Assembly (NCBI GenBank): GCA_963729605.1
Contig: CAVSNY010000005.1
Span: 64,001-128,000, forward strand
Direction of reading: 5' to 3'
DNA length: 64,000 nt
Source of the DNA: an uncultured Gammaproteobacteria bacterium
GTDB taxonomy: Bacteria; Pseudomonadota; Gammaproteobacteria; DRLM01
The translations under genes were made by a program, and so were the position numbers. Of this stretch, positions 57,459-64,000 are shown one piece after another (the stretch's first letter is position 1; every line of letters starts with the position of its first letter). The notes under the pieces were generated by a model, which saw nothing but the letters and a program-made list of their open reading frames with translations, made no database searches and had not been told where the DNA came from.

Positions 57459-58778
57459 ATGACTGAAGCCGCCTCCTACATCACCCTGGCCCTGCTCACC
57501 GCGCTGGCGGCGCTGTGCGGCGCCTTCTTCGCCCACATCCGCGCCCAACGCCAGATCACCGGCCTGCGGGAGGAGAACGCCAGCCTCAAGGCCACCGTCA
57601 ACATCGAACGCCGCACCACCGAAGAAAAAGTCGCGATGATCGAGAGCGCCCGCAATCAGCTCACCGATACCTTCGCCGCCTTATCCAGCCAGGCGCTGCG
57701 CAACAGCACGGAAGAATTCCTCAAGCTCGCCCAGCAAGGCATGCAGCAATTTCACGTGCGCGCCCAGGGCGATCTCGAGCAAAAGGAAAAATCCATCGGC
57801 GTGTTGATGCAGCCCGTCAAAGAGGCGCTCACCCGCACCGAACAACAACTGCGCGAGCTGGAAAAAGAACGCAAAGAGGCCTACGGCTCGCTGAGCAAAC
57901 ACCTGGAAAGCATGGCGCAGACCCAGCAACTCCTGCAGGGCGAGACCCGCAATCTGGTACAAGCGCTGCGCCGTCCCGAGGTGCGCGGCCAATGGGGCGA
58001 GATGACGCTGAAGCGCCTCGCCGAACTGGCGGGCATGGTGCAATACTGCGATTTCATCGAGCAGGAAACCGTGCAGGGCGAAAACGGCAATCTGCGCCCC
58101 GACATGGTGGTGCGCATGCCCGACGGACGGGAAATCGTGGTGGACGTCAAAACCCCGCTCGACGCGTATTTGAGCGCGGTGGAAGCGCCGGACGACACGG
58201 TGCGCACCTGGCATCTCGAACGCCACGCCCGCAAGGTGCGCGACCGGGTGCGCGAACTGGCCGGCCGCAATTACTGGGCGCAGTTCAAACGCAGTCCCGA
58301 CTTCGTGGTGATGTTCATCCCCGGCGATCAATTCTTGAGCGCCGCGCTGGACGTCGACCGCGACCTGCTCGAATACGCCCTCGGCCAAAAAGTGGTGCTC
58401 GCCACGCCCACCAGCTTCGTCGCGCTGCTGCGCGCGGTGGGCTACGGCTGGCGCCAACTCAGCCTGGCGGAGAACGCGGAAAAAATCCGCGACCTCGGCG
58501 AAGAGCTTTATCAACGCCTCAGCACCTTCACCGATCATTTATCCAAGCTCGGCAAAAATCTCAGCAGCAGTCTCGACCACTACAACAAGGCGGTGGGTTC
58601 CTTCGAACGGCAAGTCATGCCCGGCGCGCGCAAGTTCACCGAAATGGGCATCACCCCGCGCAAACCGATGCCTGATCTCGACCAGATCGAAAAAGGCGTG
58701 CGGCAAATGGAGAACGCCGCCGCGACCGCACCGCCCGAAGAAACCGCCGGCGAACCCGATCCGCCCGCCAAACATTAA
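57459..58778 (+). CDS. rmuC: DNA recombination protein RmuC
   Basis: N-terminal TM, coiled coil, RGQWGE, RPD, VDVK, DFVVMFIP, ATPT. Confidence 0.92.
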   Translation: MTEAASYITLALLTALAALCGAFFAHIRAQRQITGLREENASLKATVNIERRTTEEKVAMIESARNQLTDTFAALSSQALRNSTEEFLKLAQQGMQQFHVRAQGDLEQKEKSIGVLMQPVKEALTRTEQQLRELEKERKEAYGSLSKHLESMAQTQQLLQGETRNLVQALRRPEVRGQWGEMTLKRLAELAGMVQYCDFIEQETVQGENGNLRPDMVVRMPDGREIVVDVKTPLDAYLSAVEAPDDTVRTWHLERHARKVRDRVRELAGRNYWAQFKRSPDFVVMFIPGDQFLSAALDVDRDLLEYALGQKVVLATPTSFVALLRAVGYGWRQLSLAENAEKIRDLGEELYQRLSTFTDHLSKLGKNLSSSLDHYNKAVGSFERQVMPGARKFTEMGITPRKPMPDLDQIEKGVRQMENAAATAPPEETAGEPDPPAKH

Positions 58779-58927
58779 GGAACCTCTGATTTGTTCAGAG
58801 TTTCCCGCGGCACATGGATGTGCCGCCATTTTCAATGGTGTTAACCATTGAAAATGAAGGGGAGCGAAAATCATATTTTCGCTCCCCGTGCCCTGAAAAT
58901 TCCAGGATGGAATCATTCAGCGCTTCC
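58779..58927. mobile_element. 149-bp MITE-like element flanked by TTAA; left TTAA contains the rmuC stop
   Basis: TTAA|GGAACCTCTGA ... TCAGCGCTTCC|TTAA. Confidence 0.82.
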
Positions 58928-59096
58928 TTAAATCCTCGTCGACGGGAAACGCGGGCCGCGCCTCTCCCGCGAACGGGAGCGCGGCGGTGAGGACGCCGGA
59001 AAATAGACCCGGCCTCCATCATCCCCGCCGCATGGATGCATCCCCGAGAAAAGACCGGCTATACTGCGCGGCCAACAGCACGACACGTCGCATCAC

Positions 59097-59948
59097 ATGC
59101 CCGACACCCTCGAATCGGCCTATCAACACTGCATGCGCATGACGCGCAGCCACTACGAAAATTTTCCGGTGGCCTCGCGTCTATTGCCGCGCGCGCTGCG
59201 TACACCGGTGAGCGTGATCTACGCCTTTGCCCGCAGCGCCGACGATTTCGCCGACGAAGGCGAACTCGTCCCCGCCGAACGCCTGGCCCGTCTCGACGGG
59301 TATTGGCGCCAGCTCGACGCCATCGCCGCCGGGCGGACGCCGGGCGATCCGATCTTCATCGCCCTGGCCGATGTGGTGCAACGTCACGCCTTGCCCTTGC
59401 AATTGCTTTACGATCTGCTCACCGCCTTCCGCCAGGACGTCGTCAAATCGCGCTACGCCAATTTTGATGAAGTGCTGGCCTATTGCCGCTACTCCGCCAA
59501 TCCGGTCGGCCGCATCGTGTTGCATTTGGCGGGCGACGCCGGCGCGGACAATCTGCGCGACTCCGATAAAATTTGCACCGCGCTCCAGCTCATCAACTTT
59601 TGGCAGGACCTCGAACAGGATTATCTGGAAAGCAATCGTGTCTATTTGCCGCAGGACGAACTGGCGGCCTACGGCGTCGCCGAGGAGCAATTGGGCCGGC
59701 GCGGCAACAGCCCGGCGCTGCGCGCCTTGATGGATAAGCAGATCGAGCGCAGCCGGGGCTTGATGCTGGACGGCGCGCCTCTGGGCGCGCGCCTGCGCGG
59801 CCGGCTCGGCATCGAGATCCGCGCGACGATACACGGCGGCCTGTGCGTGCTCGACGCCCTCGCCCGCCGGCGCGACGACGTCTTCGCGCGGCCGCGCCTG
59901 CGCCGCCGCGACTGGCTGCGCGTCCTCCGGCGCGCGCTGCTTCCGTAA
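59097..59948 (+). CDS. hpnC: Squalene synthase HpnC
   Basis: HYENFPVAS, AR.ADDFADEG, SANPVGR, LQLINFWQD. Confidence 0.92.
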   Translation: MPDTLESAYQHCMRMTRSHYENFPVASRLLPRALRTPVSVIYAFARSADDFADEGELVPAERLARLDGYWRQLDAIAAGRTPGDPIFIALADVVQRHALPLQLLYDLLTAFRQDVVKSRYANFDEVLAYCRYSANPVGRIVLHLAGDAGADNLRDSDKICTALQLINFWQDLEQDYLESNRVYLPQDELAAYGVAEEQLGRRGNSPALRALMDKQIERSRGLMLDGAPLGARLRGRLGIEIRATIHGGLCVLDALARRRDDVFARPRLRRRDWLRVLRRALLP

Positions 59949-59998
59949 GCGGCTCGCCGCTCTGCTATGATAAACGCTCGTACCCTTAAGTCGTTGCC

Positions 59999-60859
59999 AT
60001 GACCCCCGACGAATACTGCGAACAGAAAACCACCGGCGCCGGCTCGAGCTTTTATTACAGCTTTTTATTTCTCGAGCCCGACGCCCGCCGCGCCATGACC
60101 ATCCTCTACGCCTTCTGCCGCGAGGTGGACGACGCGGTGGACGAATGCAGCGATCCGGCCATCGCCCGCGTCAAACTCGCCTGGTGGCGCGAAGAGATCG
60201 CCCGCAGTTTCGCCGGCCAGCCGCAGCACCCGGTGACCAAGGCCTTGCAATGGGCCACCGGCCGCTACAAGTTGCCGCAAGAATATTTCCTCGAAATCAT
60301 CAGCGGCATGGAGATGGATCTGGACTGCAATGCCTACCGCAGTTTCACCGAACTCTCGCTGTACTGTTATCGCGCCGCATCCGTGGTGGGCCTGCTCGCG
60401 GCGGAAATCTTCGGCTACCAGGACCCGCGCACCTTGAAATACGCCCACGATCTGGGCATGGCCTTCCAACTCACCAACATCCTGCGCGACGTGGCCGAAG
60501 ACGGCGAGCGCGGCCGGGTCTATATTCCGGAGGACGAGATGGCCCGCTACGGCGTCACCCGCGACGACATCCTGCATGGCCGCATGAGCGACGCCATGCG
60601 CGGGCTGCTGCGCCATCAGGCCGACCGCGCGCGCCGCTATTACACGCAAGCCTTCAGCCATTTGCCGGACACCGACCGTTACCACCAACGCAGCGGCATC
60701 ATCATGGCCTCGGTCTATCAGGCCTTGTTGCAGGCCATCGAAGACAGCGATTTTCAAATCTTCGAAGAGCGCGTCCGCCTCAGTCCGGCGCGCAAGATGT
60801 GGATCGCCTGGCAGACCGCACGGCGGGAAAAACGCCAGCACCTCGCCCGCGCGGTTTGA
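59999..60859 (+). CDS. hpnD: Presqualene diphosphate synthase HpnD
   Basis: SSFYYSF, FCREVDD, QLTNILRDV.ED..RGR.Y.P. Confidence 0.92.
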   Translation: MTPDEYCEQKTTGAGSSFYYSFLFLEPDARRAMTILYAFCREVDDAVDECSDPAIARVKLAWWREEIARSFAGQPQHPVTKALQWATGRYKLPQEYFLEIISGMEMDLDCNAYRSFTELSLYCYRAASVVGLLAAEIFGYQDPRTLKYAHDLGMAFQLTNILRDVAEDGERGRVYIPEDEMARYGVTRDDILHGRMSDAMRGLLRHQADRARRYYTQAFSHLPDTDRYHQRSGIIMASVYQALLQAIEDSDFQIFEERVRLSPARKMWIAWQTARREKRQHLARAV

Positions 60860-61129
60860 ATCTCCGTCCATTCAGACCTGACGCACCGTGAGCCATCATC
60901 ACCCGCCGTCATACGCGCATTCCGGAAGGCGCCGCGGAATACAGCCCGCGGCGAACGATCTTTTCTCCCGCTCGATGAAATGTATCGAGGGGAAAACGAA
61001 AACGGCGGATGTCCGGCCCTGTCACCCCCATTCCAATCCGCCTCCCGCAAGGGGGAAGGAGCCGTTCGATTCATCTTTCTTAGTTGCCGCGTCATTAACG
61101 ACGCGCCCTGTTCAAGGGGCCGGCTGAGC

Positions 61130-62464
61130 ATGCGGGTCGTGGTGGTGGGCGGCGGTTGGGCGGGACTGGCGGCGGCCGTCGAGTTGTGCCGTCATGATAT
61201 TCACGTCACCCTCATCGAGGCCGCGCCGCGATTGGGCGGCCGCGCCCGCGCGGTGACGCGCGGCGGCGTGGTCTTCGACAACGGCCAGCATCTGTTCATC
61301 GGCGCTTATCGGGAAGTGCTGCGTTTGATGACCATCGTCGGCGTCGCGGAAGAGCGGATATTTTTACGCCGTCCCCTGCACTGGTTGATGCGTCATCCCA
61401 ATGCACCCAGCGTGGAAATCAGCGCGCCGCATTTGCCCGCGCCGCTGCACATGGCCTGGGCCCTGCTGCGGGCGCGGGGTTATCACTTTGCCGAACGCCG
61501 CGCCGCCTTGCGCGCCTGCGTCCGCGTGTTGCGGCCGTCCGCCACGGCGGGCGACGTCACGGTGGCGGCCTGGCTGCGACAGGGCGGGCAACCGCCGCGG
61601 GTCATCGACACCTTGTGGTCGCCGCTGTGCCTCGCCGCCCTCAACACCCCCATCGAACAGGCCTCGGCGGAGGTGTTCGTGCGTGTGTTGCGCGATGCCT
61701 TTCTGGAACGCCGCGCCGATTCGGATCTGCTGATCCCGCGTTGCGATTTGGGCGGCGTATTCCCCGCGCCCGCCGCCGCGTTCATCCAGGGCCGCGGCGG
61801 ACACATTCAATTGGGTGAACGGGTGAACGCCCTGCTCAGCGACGGCGCGCGCATCGGCGGCGTGCGTACCCGCCGCGCCGATTATCCGGCCGAACAAGTG
61901 ATCCTCGCCGTACCGCCGGAATCTTGCGCGGCCTTGCTGGCGGGCCACCCGGCCTTGGCGCCTTTGCTGGCGCCGCTCGCGGCGCTGGGCACGCAGCCGA
62001 TCTGCACCGCGTATCTGCGCTACGCCCCCGGCTTGCCGCTGGCCGTTCCCATGACCGGCATGGCCGGCGGCCTCGGCCAGTGGCTGTTCGATTTGACGGT
62101 GATGGACAAACCGGGCTGGGTGGCGGTGGTGCTCAGCGGCCCGGGCCGGCATATGGCGATGGACAATGAAAGCCTGTTGAACGCGCTGGCCGCGGAAATC
62201 GCCGCGTTGTGGCCGGGGCCGGCGCGTTATCAAGAAGGTTTCGTGATCCGGGAAAAACGCGCGACGTTTTCCTGCGAGGCGGGAATCAACGCGTTGCGCC
62301 TCCCGCCGCATACGGCCTTGGCCGGTTGCCGGCTGGCGGGCGATCACACCGCGACCGGCTATCCAGCCACCTTGGAAGGCGCGGTGCGCAGCGGCGTGTC
62401 CTGCGCGCAAGACATCATCGCCCTGCGTAACGGCACGGAGGCACCGTACCCAAGCTCATTCTAA
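61130..62464 (+). CDS. hpnE: Hydroxysqualene dehydroxylase HpnE
   Basis: GGGWAGLAAA, GGRAR, DNGQH, EKRATF, PATLEGAVRSG. Confidence 0.9.
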   Translation: MRVVVVGGGWAGLAAAVELCRHDIHVTLIEAAPRLGGRARAVTRGGVVFDNGQHLFIGAYREVLRLMTIVGVAEERIFLRRPLHWLMRHPNAPSVEISAPHLPAPLHMAWALLRARGYHFAERRAALRACVRVLRPSATAGDVTVAAWLRQGGQPPRVIDTLWSPLCLAALNTPIEQASAEVFVRVLRDAFLERRADSDLLIPRCDLGGVFPAPAAAFIQGRGGHIQLGERVNALLSDGARIGGVRTRRADYPAEQVILAVPPESCAALLAGHPALAPLLAPLAALGTQPICTAYLRYAPGLPLAVPMTGMAGGLGQWLFDLTVMDKPGWVAVVLSGPGRHMAMDNESLLNALAAEIAALWPGPARYQEGFVIREKRATFSCEAGINALRLPPHTALAGCRLAGDHTATGYPATLEGAVRSGVSCAQDIIALRNGTEAPYPSSF

Positions 62465-62481
62465 AAACCGCGAATACTGGC

Positions 62482-62607
62482 CACGGAGAACACGGAGAAC
62501 ACGGAGAACACGGAGAAACAGGATGCTGTGGCATAGGGCGAGTTAAGCCCTTGGATGACGTCGGACGCGAAATCGGATTTTCCTCCGTAAACTCCGTGTC
62601 CTCCATA
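62482..62607. repeat. (CACGGAGAA)x4 paired with a degenerate inverted arm
   Basis: 62482-62517 tandem 9-mer; CCTCCGTAAACTCCGTGTCCTCC at ~62582-62604; between convergent genes. Confidence 0.75.
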
Positions 62608-62625
62608 GTCAATATTTTTTCAGCG

Positions 62626-64000
62626 TCATCCTTCCAATTGCACGGCGAAGACTTCTTCGATGGATGTCTTGCCGGTGCGGGCGAGGGTCAACGCGTTGTC
62701 ACCCAGTTTGCTCATGCCTGACGCCACGGCGGCTTGTTGAATTTGCTGAGTGGAGCCGCCGTCGTTGATGAGCTGGGCGATCTCCGGTGTGACCACCAGT
62801 AGCTCGCACACCGTCATGCGGCCGCGATAGCCGGTTTGATTGCAGGCCTCGCAGCCTTTGCCGCGGTAAAACACCTCCTCCGGCTGCAAGTTGAGACTAT
62901 GACGGATATAGGGTTCCACCTCTTCCGGGGCGAGGCACTTCGGACAATTGACCCGCACCAGGCGTTGCGCCATCACGCCCAACAGGGTGGAGCTCAATAA
63001 ATAGGATTCGAGGCCCATGTCCACCAGACGTGTGACGGTGCTGGCCGCGTCGTTGGTGTGCAGAGTGCTGAACACCAAGTGGCCGGTGAGCGCGGCCTTG
63101 TTGGCGATGTGGGCGGTCTCCTCGTCGCGGATCTCGCCGACCATGATCACGTCGGGGTCGTGACGCAAAAACTGCCGCAAGGCTTGGGCGAAGGTATAAC
63201 CCTTCACCACCGAGATCTGCACCTGCTCCACGCCGTCCATGTCGTATTCCACCGGGTCTTCCACGGTGAGCAAATGCACGTTGCGTTTCTTCACCTCGTT
63301 GAGAATGGCGTACAAGGTAGTGGATTTGCCGGAACCGGTGGGACCGGTGACCAGGAATAAACCATGGGGGCGGACCATCAGCCGCTTGATCAAGGTGTAT
63401 TCCCGTTCCTGCAATCCCAGGGACTCCAGCGGTCGCACGCCGGCGTCCTTGTCGAGGATACGGATCACCACGCTTTCACCTTTGACGGTCGGCACCACCG
63501 AGATACGCAGGTCGATGTTCTTGGTGCCCCAAGCCAGGCGGGCGTGGCCGTCCTGTGGCAGGCGGCGTTCCGAGATGTCCATCTGGCCGGTGATCTTGAT
63601 GCGGCTGACCAGGGCCGGCAGCAGCGACCGGCTCATGGTGCGGGAATAATGCAGGCGGCCGTCGATGCGGTAATACACGTTCACCCGGTCTTTCTCGGGG
63701 CGGATATTGATGTCCGAGGCGCCCTTGGTCACGCCTTGCAGCAAGATGGCGTTGACCAGCCGCACGATGGGTTTGCGCTGGGCCTCCTGCTCCATGACGT
63801 ACAGTGAATCGGAATTGTCCGGGGAACTGCCCACCGGATCGAGCTGGAGGTCCTCGATGGCCTCGCTCTCCTCCAATTTGCTGTAAAACTTCTGCAGCAA
63901 GGCGCGGATGTCCGCGCCGGCGGCCATCACCGCCTCGATGTTGGCATTGGTATTGAAGCGCAGGGCGTTGACCACGGTCTGGTCGAGGGGATTCTCCATG
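62626..64000 (-). CDS. GspE/PilB-family secretion/pilus ATPase (5' part probably outside the window)
   Basis: ASDI, R.PQDG, GPTGSGKSTT, EDPVE, R.DPD.IMVGE.RD, TGHLV.STLH. Confidence 0.92.
   Translation of the reverse strand, partial: MENPLDQTVVNALRFNTNANIEAVMAAGADIRALLQKFYSKLEESEAIEDLQLDPVGSSPDNSDSLYVMEQEAQRKPIVRLVNAILLQGVTKGASDINIRPEKDRVNVYYRIDGRLHYSRTMSRSLLPALVSRIKITGQMDISERRLPQDGHARLAWGTKNIDLRISVVPTVKGESVVIRILDKDAGVRPLESLGLQEREYTLIKRLMVRPHGLFLVTGPTGSGKSTTLYAILNEVKKRNVHLLTVEDPVEYDMDGVEQVQISVVKGYTFAQALRQFLRHDPDVIMVGEIRDEETAHIANKAALTGHLVFSTLHTNDAASTVTRLVDMGLESYLLSSTLLGVMAQRLVRVNCPKCLAPEEVEPYIRHSLNLQPEEVFYRGKGCEACNQTGYRGRMTVCELLVVTPEIAQLINDGGSTQQIQQAAVASGMSKLGDNALTLARTGKTSIEEVFAVQLEG

Overview
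Chromosomal window from a GC-rich gammaproteobacterium. The region 0.2-34.5 kb is a minus-strand surface-polysaccharide locus: wzi, wza-like export gene, wzz, an AT-richer block of GT4 glycosyltransferases, four methyltransferases, wzx/wzy, UDP-GlcA decarboxylase and asnB, then wecA, manC, rmlBACD and an EPS-type MarR regulator. The region 35-64 kb is core genes: comEA, pyrF-lapB-lapA-ihfB-rpsA-cmk-aroA-tyrA-DAHP synthase-pheA-serA-serC-gyrA-mtnA, mtaD-ubiG-gph-rmuC, hpnCDE and a partial GspE/PilB ATPase. The most striking signal is a ~45-47 bp two-hairpin element, ACCACCCCG-[stem1]-CACCCCTCCT-[loop]-AGGAGGGGA. I count 23 full and at least 2 partial copies by eye, as singlets, head-to-head doublets and tandem arrays, with compensatory changes in both stems. 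Two outward-facing copies bracket a lone DUF559 (Vsr-like) endonuclease gene. This resembles the REP/RAYT layout but with a different nuclease family, and no RAYT is visible in the window; the functional link is inference. Also present: an IS911-like IS3 element abutting a truncated copy, a 149-bp five-hairpin MITE family with TTAA flanks, two in-frame palindrome insertions in genes, an orphan MNT antitoxin with a toxin stub, and five single-base frameshifts that probably reflect sequencing error. Coordinates and counts were read manually and may be off by a few bases.
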